Below are positions 9,761 to 19,740 of a DNA stretch of 64,000 nt, one piece after another. The notes below the pieces were generated by a model. The model did not search any database, was not told the origin of the DNA, and saw nothing but the letters and a program-made list of their open reading frames with translations. The DNA is taken from the NCBI GenBank assembly GCA_030652335.1, contig JAUSAW010000004.1:11964-75963 (forward strand), in the 5' to 3' direction. Position 1 is the stretch's first letter. Each line of letters opens with the position of its first letter. Origin of the DNA: Gammaproteobacteria bacterium. GTDB lineage: Bacteria > Pseudomonadota > Gammaproteobacteria > Francisellales > CACEW01. Position numbers and translations under genes: made by a program.

Positions 9761-10411
9761 ATGAATCAATTTTATAGCACTTTTATTTTTGGGTTTGTTT
9801 CATTATTTGCCATGGTAAACCCCATTGGCATGTCAGCCGTTTTTATGGCAATGACCAAAGAATACTCCAAAGCTAAACGACATCAGACTGCGTATCTTGT
9901 GGCCCTTTATGGCTGCATTCTCTTGATCGCTACTTTCTTTATCGGGCCTTATGTCTTACATTTTTTTGGCATATCTTTAGCCAGTATTCAAGTAGCGGGT
10001 GGAATGTTAGTATTCTATGCCGCGTGGAACATGCTTGATACCAAACCTAAAAATAGCCATCTTGAGAAAAAATCTCCTAATAATGAAGAGGTCGACAACA
10101 CCTTTTTTCCTTTAACCATGCCTCTCACCGCTGGTGCTGGAGCCATAGCGGTAACTCTTGCACTCGCTGCAAAGTTAAGCAATAACCACAGTTTTAATCT
10201 CATCGGCTTTAGCGCCACACTGCTAGCCATTACTCTGGTATTCATTACGGTCAGTATATGCTATCGCCATTCTGATTTAATATTTAATAGACTGGGGCAT
10301 ACTGGCACTAGGATGGTCAGCAGCCTAACTGCCTTTATTCTACTTGCCATTAGCGTCACTGTAATCTGGGATGGAATACTAGGCTTTATTACACCTTTAC
10401 TGCACCCCTAG
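9761..10411 (+). CDS. MarC-family (UPF0056) integral membrane protein
   Basis: 216 aa with six hydrophobic segments. Carries the NPIG motif near the N-terminus and the family pattern FPLTMPLTAGAGAI. Confidence 0.8.
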   Translation: MNQFYSTFIFGFVSLFAMVNPIGMSAVFMAMTKEYSKAKRHQTAYLVALYGCILLIATFFIGPYVLHFFGISLASIQVAGGMLVFYAAWNMLDTKPKNSHLEKKSPNNEEVDNTFFPLTMPLTAGAGAIAVTLALAAKLSNNHSFNLIGFSATLLAITLVFITVSICYRHSDLIFNRLGHTGTRMVSSLTAFILLAISVTVIWDGILGFITPLLHP

Positions 10412-10542
10412 TCCCATTTATTTAAAAAATCTCAACCAAAAAATATAGGCTATCTTATATCGAAGTGCATATTAATTTCTTTAAAGAAAATATTCATGCA
10501 GGTAATATGTATATTAATTGTTAAGGATCTAAGAGGTTACCT

Positions 10543-11191
10543 ATGTTTTATGAATTGTTATATACCTCATTAATGGCTTTTGCGGCATTATTTCCAGTGC
10601 TTAATCCACTAGGAAATTCTATCGTATTCAATTCCATTTCCTATGATTTATCACAGGATATAAAAGCTCGTATAGCCAAAAAAATAGCCACCAATATCTT
10701 CTTTATACTGGTTGTTACCATGTTAGTCGGGGTATGGGTGCTAGCTTTTTGGAATTCATATTCCAATTGTTCAGATCGGTGGAGGCGCCGTAGTCGCCAC
10801 CGTAGGCTGGAAAATCATGAATAAATTCGAAGATAGTAAACAGAATGATCAATACAATCTCGATACCGAAGAAAAAGCCATGTCTATGGCATTCTTCCCT
10901 TTGACCCTGCCTATGATTTGCGGCCCTGGGACGATCACCGTTGCTATTACTTTGGGAGCCAATGCTTTAAGTAAAGATTTAGCATCGGTGCTAGTGCATT
11001 TTATTGGCGTTACAATTGGTATCGTACTGGCCTCCTTAAGCGCCTACTTTTCCTATTACTATGCGGGCTACTTAACGCAACGTCTTGGTAAAAACGGGAC
11101 CCTGGTTATTATGAAGCTCTCCGCATTTATTAGTTTATGTATCGGACTCACTATTATTTGGAAAGGCATACAAGCTCTTATTCCATGCTAA
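10543..11191 (+). pseudogene. Second MarC-family gene, disrupted by a frameshift in a T5 run (10746-10750)
   Basis: ORFs 10543-10824 and 10817-11191 are the two halves. The +1 frame reads GIHIPIVQIGGGAVVATVGWKIMNKFEDSK continuously into the second ORF. Removing one T restores a single MarC-length ORF. Confidence 0.75.
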
Positions 11192-11222
11192 ATTACTTAC
11201 TATTCCTATAGGAAACGGCATC

Positions 11223-11717
11223 ATGGCTCAGATCTTATTTAAAAATTGCCATTTACTAGATAATAAAAACCAAACCCTACAGCCAGGCTACTGGGTCTTG
11301 ATTAACGATAACCTTATTCAGGAAGTCAGCCAAAAAGAGATTATCGCTGAAGGGGCCACCATTATCGATCTTAAAAACAAAACTCTAATGCCAGGCCTTA
11401 TCGATGCGCATGTTCATGTTACCGCGACAGATCTGGACCTTGCCAATGATTATATTCCAGATAGTGAAATCACCGTCCAAGCCGCTCGCTTTATGGAAGA
11501 CATGCTAATGCGTGGCTTTACCAGTATTCGCGATGCTGGAGGCGCAGATATCGGCCTTTCTAATGCGGTTAAAAAAGCCTTAATTAAAGGTCCAAGACTC
11601 TTTTATAGTGGCAAAGCGATTAGCCAAACGGGTGGGCATGGTGATTTCCGCAAAGCCACTTCTAAAGAGTCTATTTTTGACTGCACCTGTGCGGATGCGG
11701 ATCCACTCTATTGCTAG
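11223..11717 (+). pseudogene. Amidohydrolase-family gene, 3'-truncated (N-terminal third only, about 160 aa)
   Basis: Metal-binding motif LMPGLIDAHVHV, and the frame continues to GGHGDFR before dissolving. Family members are about 400 aa. Confidence 0.65.
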
Positions 11718-11719
11718 GC

Positions 11720-12807
11720 TTTGCAATAGAGTGAGAAAAGTGGTGCTTAATAATAATTCTCGAACAGGGATACAATCCCCTTCTTGCGCCTGTGCTCTCA
11801 AGTCAATGATTAGCGTTGAGATATCCCCGCAGGCTTTTTCTAGCCTAGCATCGGTGTTCTTTACCGTTAAGATCTCTTGGGCAAACGGCTTAATGGATCA
11901 GCGTGTTTTTAATTCTAGCGGGATGACTAAGGTCTGTGCTGCTAAGCTTATGCTAGAGAGCAAACAATAATATCTCCACCATGCCTGATGCAATGCTATT
12001 AATTTTGGCTTTACATCATCATGCTGCAAGTTTAATGCACCTAATTCTTTAACATATTGCCGCATTTTATTGAGCTCCGTACGAGTGAACAGGATAAACT
12101 CAGAAGTCGGATTGGGAGTATCTTGCAGCGCCAGGCTTATAAGCTGTCCTTGAATCAATTTACGATAGCGCAATAATTGAAATTGACTGTGCTTGATTTT
12201 TTGGTGATCGGCAAAAGGCCACACCCAAGTATTAACTATCGCCAATAAAATAACTGAGGCAATAGTACTGCCAAACATACTTATAAGATAATAGGCCAAC
12301 TTGGCAGCCCGTGCCAATAATTACTTCCAGAGTCCGATAATAAGCAACATGGCTTATAGCCGCAAATGATAATGACTCTAATGGAATTGAGAACATGACT
12401 AATAAAAAGGTACCCGGCCCTAACAGCCAAGCATATAATTTATCGGTTTTACGCGCATAGTAAAAACTAAAAACCATAGTGAAAAAAGCACAAAGTATTA
12501 ACAAAAATGGAGACTTGCCAAACCATACAACCAATAATAACGCCCATAAAACGGCTACAATCGTTGCGATAACTCGCAAAATGGCTCGCTCGATAGTGGC
12601 GCCACTGGACGCTATTAAAACCATCATGGCACTAATCCCAGCCCAATAGGGATCTTGAATATGGAATAACCACGAAATTAACACGGCCAACGTAGTCGCA
12701 ATACTTGTTTTTAGGGCTAAAGCCGTGCGTAAATTCCGTAATTTAATTTGTTTAGCATCTTTAAAAAATGCATAAACAAGCTCTGTAGTCCAGGTAAGAA
12801 GTTGCAT
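11720..12807 (-). pseudogene. FUSC-family (fusaric-acid-resistance / AaeB-like) membrane protein gene, with a frameshift, an in-frame TGA and a 3' truncation
   Basis: The N-terminal half (12232-12807) has the FUSC-type TM bundle. A frameshift lies near 12300. A TGA at 11898-11900 is followed by continued open frame in the same phase. The 3' end collides with the truncated amidohydrolase. Confidence 0.65.
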
Positions 12808-12813
12808 GGGCTA

Positions 12814-13191
12814 TCAGGTCTTTTCTAAATAATTAAACTGCAAACTTGTCAAAATTTCAGCCTTGGCAATCTTGCCCTGATCTAAGGTTAATAGCCACAT
12901 AGTTGGGGCATTAATTGCTTCTTGAAGATGATTATCATAAGCACTATAGCAAAAAAATACCATAATCTTATCGCCCTCAACAACCAGGTCTTCTATTTTA
13001 AATTCACGGTCGACGTTGCTGGTGCTAACGTAATGAAAACGCTTGTTAATATGCTCATAACTTAGTGGAATAGTTTGATTTAATCTGGCGCTGACATTCG
13101 GGTGGTAAAGAGAATCGTACTGATCTATAAGACCATTTTTCCAAGCATGGAATAATTTTTCAACAAACTTTTTGCCTTCTTCATGGGTCAT
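12814..13191 (-). CDS. NTF2-like / SnoaL-like small protein
   Basis: 125 aa. The size and N-terminal pattern (FVEKLFHAWKNG...) are typical of the fold. The assignment is weak. Confidence 0.4.
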   Translation of the reverse strand: MTHEEGKKFVEKLFHAWKNGLIDQYDSLYHPNVSARLNQTIPLSYEHINKRFHYVSTSNVDREFKIEDLVVEGDKIMVFFCYSAYDNHLQEAINAPTMWLLTLDQGKIAKAEILTSLQFNYLEKT

Positions 13192-13369
13192 AATATGGCC
13201 TTTTATATTAACGGTGATGCGTCATCAGGGGGCAGCCTAATTCTAGCACTGAATTCTATGGCTCGCTTTGCGATTATAGGATGACAAAAACTGGATCCCC
13301 GGTTCTTTTACCAACGGTAAAAGCCCGAGGATGACGATTATCTAAGTGGCTTTGCTGCTAAGGTAATTG

Positions 13370-14008
13370 TCACTTTGCATTAATCAAACCGTGGCGGATG
13401 GCTAGATGCGTTAGCTCCACGTCGCTATTAACATTAAGCTTTTCGAATAAGCGGTAGCGATAGGTATTAACCGTTTTAGGGCTTAAATGCAGTTGCTCAG
13501 AAATATCCATGACCTTTTGGCCATTGGTAATCATAATCAGTACCTGCATTTCGCGCTCGGATAAATCATCAAACGGAGAGCCGCCTTTATCATCGAGCTG
13601 TTTCATCGCTAACACTTGAGCGACCTCAGGACTAAGATAGCGCTTACCAGCATGGACTAAACGAATGGCCTGAACCATTTCATTCACTCCGGCACCTTTA
13701 GTTAAATAGCCATTAGCCCCAGCTTGCAAAATCATGGTTGGGTATGGCTCCTCACCTAAGGTGGTGACCGCCAGAATTTTAATTTCAGGATTGCTGCGTA
13801 AAATTCTTTTAATAGCCTCTAATCCGCCAATACCTGGCATATTAACGTCCATTAAAATCACTTCAGGATTAAGCTGCTTAGCAAGGCGGATAGCATCCTC
13901 GCCATTGGTAGCCTCCCCTATTACTTCTATGTCTTTCACATCGCCGAGCAAGCGACTAATACCCATACGGACCAAATCATGATCATCAACTAGTAATACT
14001 TTAATCAA
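13370..14008 (-). CDS. gacA: Two-component response regulator, NarL/LuxR family (GacA/UvrY/LetA orthologue)
   Basis: IKVLLVDDHDLVRMGISRLL...ILMDVNMPGIGGLEA with a C-terminal LuxR HTH (LSEREMQVLIMITNGQKVMDISEQLHLSPKTVNTYRYRLFEKL). A probable TTG start at 14008 is preceded by AAGGAA; the ORF is open to an ATG at 14047. Confidence 0.9.
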   Translation of the reverse strand: MIKVLLVDDHDLVRMGISRLLGDVKDIEVIGEATNGEDAIRLAKQLNPEVILMDVNMPGIGGLEAIKRILRSNPEIKILAVTTLGEEPYPTMILQAGANGYLTKGAGVNEMVQAIRLVHAGKRYLSPEVAQVLAMKQLDDKGGSPFDDLSEREMQVLIMITNGQKVMDISEQLHLSPKTVNTYRYRLFEKLNVNSDVELTHLAIRHGLINAK

Positions 14009-14050
14009 GGCTATTTCCTTATCAAAAGGGTTCAACTGTGACATCATACC

Positions 14051-17000
14051 CTACATTAGGGGCGTTTTTAAGCTAGAGATCCGGTGTAAAATTTGTTTTT
14101 TCTTATGATCGAGTGGCGCCAGTATCGAATAGGCGACCGGAACCATAATTAATGAGAAGAAAGTACCAAACATCATCCCACCTACGATAACCCAGCCAAT
14201 TTGTTGATGGCTGACAGAGCCTGGCCCACTGGCAAATGCTAGCGGTATCGCCCCTAAAACCATGGCGCTGGTGGTCATTAAGATAGGGCGCAGGCGCGTT
14301 ACGGCCGCATGGGTCACCGCTTCCGTCACGGAGTCACCTTTAGTTAATCGCACGTTAGCAAATTGAGTAATCAATATACCATGCTTGGTGATCAGCCCCA
14401 CCAAGGTAATTAAACCGATATTGGTATACAGGTTTAAGGACCCCCCGGTAACTTTCAAGGTAATTAAGGCCCCCACAATACACAGCGGTACACTTAATAA
14501 AATAACAAAGGGATCGACAAAGCTCTCAAATTGCGCGGCTAATACTAGGTAGATAAAGATTAAAGACAGCGCAAATATACTTAACATCGTACCGGAAGAG
14601 GCCATATAAGCGGCAATTAAACCATCAAAGGCATAACTTTCTTTAGGCGTTAAACTTTGATTGAGCTGCTGCTGAATATAGCGCGATACCGTCCCTAGAT
14701 CATAATCGGGCGCGATCTCAGCGGTGATATCGGCCGAAGGCATGCGATTAAAATGGTTTAAATTGGTTTGGCGAATGGCTGGCGTTAAGGTGACTAGATT
14801 ACTTAATGGAATCATTTGCTGGTTGGTATTTCTGACATAGGTATTATTCAAAAATCCATCGAAATTGCTTAAATCCTGGATATTCATCTGGACTAAAACC
14901 GGATAGACCTGGTTATTTTGTTGAATATCGGTAATATGCTCGCCCGCCAACATGGTGCTAATGGTATCGGATACATCTTGTAAATTTACGTTTAAGCTAG
15001 CGGCTTGATTGCGTTTAAAGGAAGCGTTATAGACCTGGTTATCGAATTTTAACGAAGTGTTAAGGTTGGTCATGCCAGGATAGCTTGAAAATTGAGTAAG
15101 CAGTTGATCGATGGTTTTTTGCAAATCGACATAATTGCCGGTAGTCATAATATGAATCTGCACCGCCTGACCGCCGGTATTATTCCCATAGTTAATAGGA
15201 TCGGGCACGGATACATCGACTAAAATAGGAATCTGATTAATGGCTGGCGTTAAGTTTGCAATGACCTGATCCGTACTCAAGCTACGTTTATCCCAAGGCT
15301 GCATCGTTACAAAATTGGTAGCACTGCCTGCAAAGATAAACGAGGCATAACTGGAGATCTGCGGAGTCTGTTGATATAGCGCATCCAGTTGACGCATAAA
15401 GCCATCGGTATAATCGATAGTAGAACCTGGAGGGCTTTGCACATTGACATTAAAGTAACCGATATCTTCTTTAGGAATAAAAGATTGCGGTACCGTTACA
15501 TACACAAAATAGCCTAATATCGCGATCAATGCTAATACGCTTACCACCAACGTACGCTTTATTAGTACTTTAGATAAAAAGGTCGCATAAGCCGCATTCA
15601 AATAGATAAATATTTTATGCAAACGATGCTCAAAGGCTGATAGGCGCTCTTGAGGCTTTAACACTCTGGAGCACATCATCGGCGATAACGTTAGAGCTAC
15701 AAACCCCGAAATTAATACTGCCCCGGCCAAGGTGAAGGCAAACTCCCGAAATACCGTGGCGGAAAAGCCTTGAATAAAGCCTGTCGGCGCATAGACGGCA
15801 GCTAAGGTTATGGTCATGGCAACGACGGTAAAGCCAATTTCCTTGCTGCCGGTAAATGCGGCCTCCATCGGTGACAGGCCGGTCTCGATATGACGGTGAA
15901 TATTTTCTAATACCACTATCGCATCGTCTACGACTAATCCAATCGCCAGGATAATCGCTAATAGCGTCATAACATTAATCGAAAAGCCACAGGCCAGCAT
16001 AACGCCAAATACGCCGATAACACAGACTGGAATAGTGGCAATCGGCACTAAAGCCGCTCGAATCGAGCCTAAGAATAAAAACACCACTACCATCACCAAA
16101 ATAATGGTGGTAAATAAGGTATTAAAACTTTCCTGGATGGCCTTTTTTAAAAATATCGACTGGTCATACGTTACTTTCATGCTCATACCGGCGGGCAATT
16201 TACTTTGTAAATGCGCCAGCACTGTTTTAGCCGCGCTAGCTACTGTAATCGGATTGGCGGTATTTAAAGGCCTAAGTTCAAGATCGATACCAGGCATTCC
16301 ATTAATCCGCATCGGTGAATCTTGTAAACTACTACTGCCCAGCGCCACAGTTGCTACATCTTTAAGCCGAATAATTTCGCCATTGGTATCGCGTACGATT
16401 AAATTGGCAAACTGATCAACCGTGCGCAATTGCGTATTGGATACGATGCTATGGGTCCGATCTTTACCCTGAATCGCCCCACCTGAAAAATCGACATTAT
16501 TATTCTCAAGGGCGGTTTTAATATCCATTACCGTCACGCCAACGGATGCCATTTTCTGTGGATCCAGCCAAACCCTTAAAGCATATTGATTGGCGCCATA
16601 TATCCAGGCACCGCCCATGCCAGGCAAGTTTAAAAGGCTAGGTACTACAGCCTGAGTAATATAATCGCGGATTTGAGCCGGGGTAAGCTGAGCATCCATA
16701 AAGCCGATATTAAGCACCGGCCGCTCTACTCCTCCCGAGGTAATGACCGCTGGATCGGCATTGCTGGGTAATTTATCCGTGACGGTCGATACGGCATTTC
16801 GCACGTCGCCCATTTCTTTGATCATATTGCTGCCCGGATCAAAGTTTATATAAATATGAGTATAGTTATAGGTGCTGGTGGAACTCATCGAGGACACGCC
16901 ATCGACGTTGACCAGTGCATTTTCCAAATAACTGGTGACCTGGCTTTCCATTAAATCTGGGCTGGCCCCATCGTAATGCACGCTAACCTGAGCATAGGGC

Positions 17001-17125
17001 TCTTCTACATAGGGGAAATATCGAATTTCCATACGGGTATAGCCAATATAGCCAAATACGATCAGCACCAAACTTAAGACCGTAGCAAATACCGGACGTT
17101 CTATACATATCGCCGACAAACGCAT
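14051..17125 (-). CDS. RND efflux transporter, inner-membrane permease (AcrB/HAE1 type)
   Basis: 1024 aa with 12 TM segments and two large periplasmic loops. The N-terminus (ICIERPVFATVLSLVLIVFG) is characteristic. Confidence 0.95.
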   Translation of the reverse strand: MRLSAICIERPVFATVLSLVLIVFGYIGYTRMEIRYFPYVEEPYAQVSVHYDGASPDLMESQVTSYLENALVNVDGVSSMSSTSTYNYTHIYINFDPGSNMIKEMGDVRNAVSTVTDKLPSNADPAVITSGGVERPVLNIGFMDAQLTPAQIRDYITQAVVPSLLNLPGMGGAWIYGANQYALRVWLDPQKMASVGVTVMDIKTALENNNVDFSGGAIQGKDRTHSIVSNTQLRTVDQFANLIVRDTNGEIIRLKDVATVALGSSSLQDSPMRINGMPGIDLELRPLNTANPITVASAAKTVLAHLQSKLPAGMSMKVTYDQSIFLKKAIQESFNTLFTTIILVMVVVFLFLGSIRAALVPIATIPVCVIGVFGVMLACGFSINVMTLLAIILAIGLVVDDAIVVLENIHRHIETGLSPMEAAFTGSKEIGFTVVAMTITLAAVYAPTGFIQGFSATVFREFAFTLAGAVLISGFVALTLSPMMCSRVLKPQERLSAFEHRLHKIFIYLNAAYATFLSKVLIKRTLVVSVLALIAILGYFVYVTVPQSFIPKEDIGYFNVNVQSPPGSTIDYTDGFMRQLDALYQQTPQISSYASFIFAGSATNFVTMQPWDKRSLSTDQVIANLTPAINQIPILVDVSVPDPINYGNNTGGQAVQIHIMTTGNYVDLQKTIDQLLTQFSSYPGMTNLNTSLKFDNQVYNASFKRNQAASLNVNLQDVSDTISTMLAGEHITDIQQNNQVYPVLVQMNIQDLSNFDGFLNNTYVRNTNQQMIPLSNLVTLTPAIRQTNLNHFNRMPSADITAEIAPDYDLGTVSRYIQQQLNQSLTPKESYAFDGLIAAYMASSGTMLSIFALSLIFIYLVLAAQFESFVDPFVILLSVPLCIVGALITLKVTGGSLNLYTNIGLITLVGLITKHGILITQFANVRLTKGDSVTEAVTHAAVTRLRPILMTTSAMVLGAIPLAFASGPGSVSHQQIGWVIVGGMMFGTFFSLIMVPVAYSILAPLDHKKKQILHRISSLKTPLM

Positions 17126-17127
17126 GC

Positions 17128-18231
17128 TTAATGCCCTGCCGGAGTTACGGATGGTGCGGCGAGTATAGCCGGCGCCTTATTGATGATAGTAATCTTGCTG
17201 CCATCGATAAGCTTTTGTTGCCCTGCTATAACGACTTCATCACCGGCCTTAATATTACCGGTGACTTCAGACAAATTATGGCTTAAATCGCCCACGCTCA
17301 CATACACTTTTTGCACGTTAGAGCCGACTACTTTAAAGACATATTGACCGGCGATATCGGTCATTAAGGCGACGTCTGGCACCATTAATAGCTCGCGATT
17401 AGGATTAAGGGTTTGTTGTAATCCTACAAACATACCCGGCAACAATAAAAAGTCTGGATTGCTTACCTTAGCTTGCAAGGTAATCGTTCCTGAATTGGGA
17501 TTAACTTGTGGCGAAATATAACTTAGGATGCCTTTAAAAGTTTGATTGGGATAGGCGCTAGACTCTACTGTCACGCTTTGACCGATCTCCACTTGAGACT
17601 TATAAAATACCGGCACCGCAAATTGCACCAATAATGGCGCTTCTTGAATTAATTGCACGACTACCGAACCCTTGGGTAAAAACGCCCCCACGTTATATTG
17701 AAAATCACCTAAGACTCCATCGAATGGGGCAATAAATTTCTTATTGGCAATCACATCTTCTTGCTGCGCGACTACGGCCCTGGCTTTTAATAATTGCGCT
17801 TTTTGACTATCGAGCATTTGCGGCGAAATGGCGCCAGAATCTTTTATGGCTAAAATCCGCTGATAGGTTGCGTTGGCTAATTGCAAATCCGCCTGGTCGG
17901 CGGCTAATTGGGCTTGATCGACGGTCGTATCGAGCTCAGCAACGGTATCACCGGCTTTAACTCGCTCGCCATTATTAAAATAAATCTTGGACAGATTGCC
18001 ATCCACATCAAAACTTAAGCCTATAGATTGAATGGCCTTCATATAGCCAACCGCGGTTAATACGCCGGGCACATTCACTACCGTGGCTTTATTGACTATA
18101 ACGGAAATAGGCGCCGGGGCTATGGAGGTAGTAACGATACTTTGATTGCGATAATGGGTAAAGCCTGCCATTGCGGCAGCAATAAGCAGCAATGCAATGA
18201 CTCCAGTGAATACCCACCGTATATTTTTCAA
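17128..18231 (-). CDS. RND efflux periplasmic adaptor (membrane fusion protein)
   Basis: 367 aa with an N-terminal anchor plus lipoyl, hairpin and beta-barrel regions. It lies 2 nt upstream of the permease gene. Confidence 0.9.
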   Translation of the reverse strand: MKNIRWVFTGVIALLLIAAAMAGFTHYRNQSIVTTSIAPAPISVIVNKATVVNVPGVLTAVGYMKAIQSIGLSFDVDGNLSKIYFNNGERVKAGDTVAELDTTVDQAQLAADQADLQLANATYQRILAIKDSGAISPQMLDSQKAQLLKARAVVAQQEDVIANKKFIAPFDGVLGDFQYNVGAFLPKGSVVVQLIQEAPLLVQFAVPVFYKSQVEIGQSVTVESSAYPNQTFKGILSYISPQVNPNSGTITLQAKVSNPDFLLLPGMFVGLQQTLNPNRELLMVPDVALMTDIAGQYVFKVVGSNVQKVYVSVGDLSHNLSEVTGNIKAGDEVVIAGQQKLIDGSKITIINKAPAILAAPSVTPAGH

Positions 18232-18310
18232 GGCCGAATCCTTTTAATTAGCAGCCTTGGTATTGTAAACCATATGCCTAGAATTGCCAGTAATTGGGCT
18301 GATTCCTTAA

Positions 18311-19042
18311 TCAGGATGCCGATAATGAATTCAGTACGATGGGGTTTAATCCAGCATCAACCCCACGGCGCTCATCGAACACAAAACAGTCACCGTGATA
18401 ATGTGCTGTGCCACATTTTTCAAAGTAGTTTAAAATTCCGCCCTCAAGCTGATACACCTCTTTAAACCCCGCTTGTAAGGCTACCGGCGCCGCTTTTTCA
18501 CAGCGGATTCCACCCGTACAAAACATAACGACCGGCTTGTTTTTATCCAACTCTGCCATTTGAATTCTTTCGGGAAGCTGCTTAAACTGCTCCAACTTTA
18601 AATCCACCGCATTGTCAAAGCTGCCCGATTCGACTTCATAGTCATTACGGGTATCGAGCAAATAAAAGTCTTTGCCTTCTTCTATCCAGTTTTTTAATTG
18701 TTCAGGGCTTAAGGAAGGTGCCTTAGTTTCCGCTGGATTCACCCAATCTGCGCCAGGGACTAAACAGTTTTTAATTTTTACCAAAGTTCGTTTATAGGGC
18801 TGGGTCTCAGAGAGGCTCTTTTTAAACTGCATATCCAAAAATCGACTATCAGCATGCAGATAAGCCGCAAATCCATTTATCATTTCAGGTGCACCTGCCA
18901 GCATAATATTAATGCCTTCCAGGCTTAATACCACTGTGCCTTTTAAATTAAGCTCAATCAATTTAGCCCTAATAGCTTCCTGCATAAGCTCAAGATTATC
19001 CAATGGTACAAATTTATAGGTTGAAATGTTTACTACTTTCAT
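18311..19042 (-). CDS. trhO: Rhodanese-domain protein, TrhO/YceA (UPF0176) family
   Basis: Active-site loop MFCTGGIRCEKA and the family-typical N-terminal domain. Confidence 0.8.
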   Translation of the reverse strand: MKVVNISTYKFVPLDNLELMQEAIRAKLIELNLKGTVVLSLEGINIMLAGAPEMINGFAAYLHADSRFLDMQFKKSLSETQPYKRTLVKIKNCLVPGADWVNPAETKAPSLSPEQLKNWIEEGKDFYLLDTRNDYEVESGSFDNAVDLKLEQFKQLPERIQMAELDKNKPVVMFCTGGIRCEKAAPVALQAGFKEVYQLEGGILNYFEKCGTAHYHGDCFVFDERRGVDAGLNPIVLNSLSAS

Positions 19043-19097
19043 AGCCGGCTCCTTTAACTGTGCGATATTGTATCATATTTTGCAAAATATTCAGCCC

Positions 19098-19117
19098 CTT
19101 AATAAAACCTTAAGATT
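19098..19117 (+). promoter_or_regulatory. Candidate PmrA-type response-regulator box (CTTAATAAAAC CTTAAGATT, i.e. TTAA-N7-TTAA), occupying the -35 position
   Basis: Two CTTAA half-sites are spaced 11 bp apart. A TATGCT hexamer follows 7 nt downstream (19125-19130). The ATG of the next gene is at 19159. Confidence 0.35.
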
Positions 19118-19158
19118 CGGGCATTATGCTAGCCATTAAATAATTGAGGGTATGTATT

Positions 19159-19647
19159 ATGGGATATAAATTTTTAACGAGTGAACTTCGGCTTATTGCC
19201 CAAGTTTATGTTAGCATCGAGGGCTTCATTGCAGCTAAAGCAATAGGCGATTATGTAGCTTGGCAAGAATATCAAACCATAATGGGCACTTTTAGGAATA
19301 ATAAAGCGGTTTTTCAACGATATTTTGATTCCGACGGTGATCAACGGCGGTGTTTCAATGAGTTTATTACTGTCATGCTCTCCTCTACAAAAAATAATGA
19401 CCAAAAAATGGAAATAAAAGCATTTAAGGAATGCATGGCTAGTCGTGAAATGACTGCGTTTAAAAGCATGTCCCCCAGCGCTTCTAGCACACCCACCGAT
19501 GAGTCAAGCAGTGAAAGCCGCTACACCAGTTCGACGGTTGAAACAGTCACCCCTTCAGGCTGCTGCGCATGCCTTTGTTTTTGGCGCACACCAGCTTCCC
19601 CACGAGACTACCAAGCATGGCATAAGGATTTATCAAGTAACCTCTAA
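19159..19647 (+). CDS. Hypothetical protein with C-terminal poly-Cys motif (GCCACLCFW)
   Basis: The ATG is preceded by GAGGG. I recognise no family. It has a Ser/Thr-rich tail, and the Cys cluster ends 22 aa from the C-terminus. Confidence 0.6.
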   Translation: MGYKFLTSELRLIAQVYVSIEGFIAAKAIGDYVAWQEYQTIMGTFRNNKAVFQRYFDSDGDQRRCFNEFITVMLSSTKNNDQKMEIKAFKECMASREMTAFKSMSPSASSTPTDESSSESRYTSSTVETVTPSGCCACLCFWRTPASPRDYQAWHKDLSSNL

Positions 19648-19740
19648 ACGAATTTCTATAGTCATGGCTGCCTTCGCAAGGTATCATAAAGCGTTTTTAA
19701 AACGGAATTTGATTCCAAAACATGCACAAGGAGGGCTACC

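Noticed and set aside
11580-11970. ORFs 11608-11970 (+), 11580-11801 (-) and 11898-12317 (-), listed in the track as separate proteins.
   Set aside because: They lie in the decayed junction between the truncated amidohydrolase and the FUSC pseudogene. They are either out-of-frame shadows or fragments of those pseudogenes, not independent genes.
16035-16415. Numerous 60-140 aa ORFs antisense to long genes. Examples are 16035-16415, 7081-7494, 8910-9167, 23800-24075, 27606-27884, 38250-38988, 40758-41096 and 47316-47528.
   Set aside because: Each lies wholly inside a confidently identified gene on the other strand. They are typical shadow ORFs with no independent evidence.
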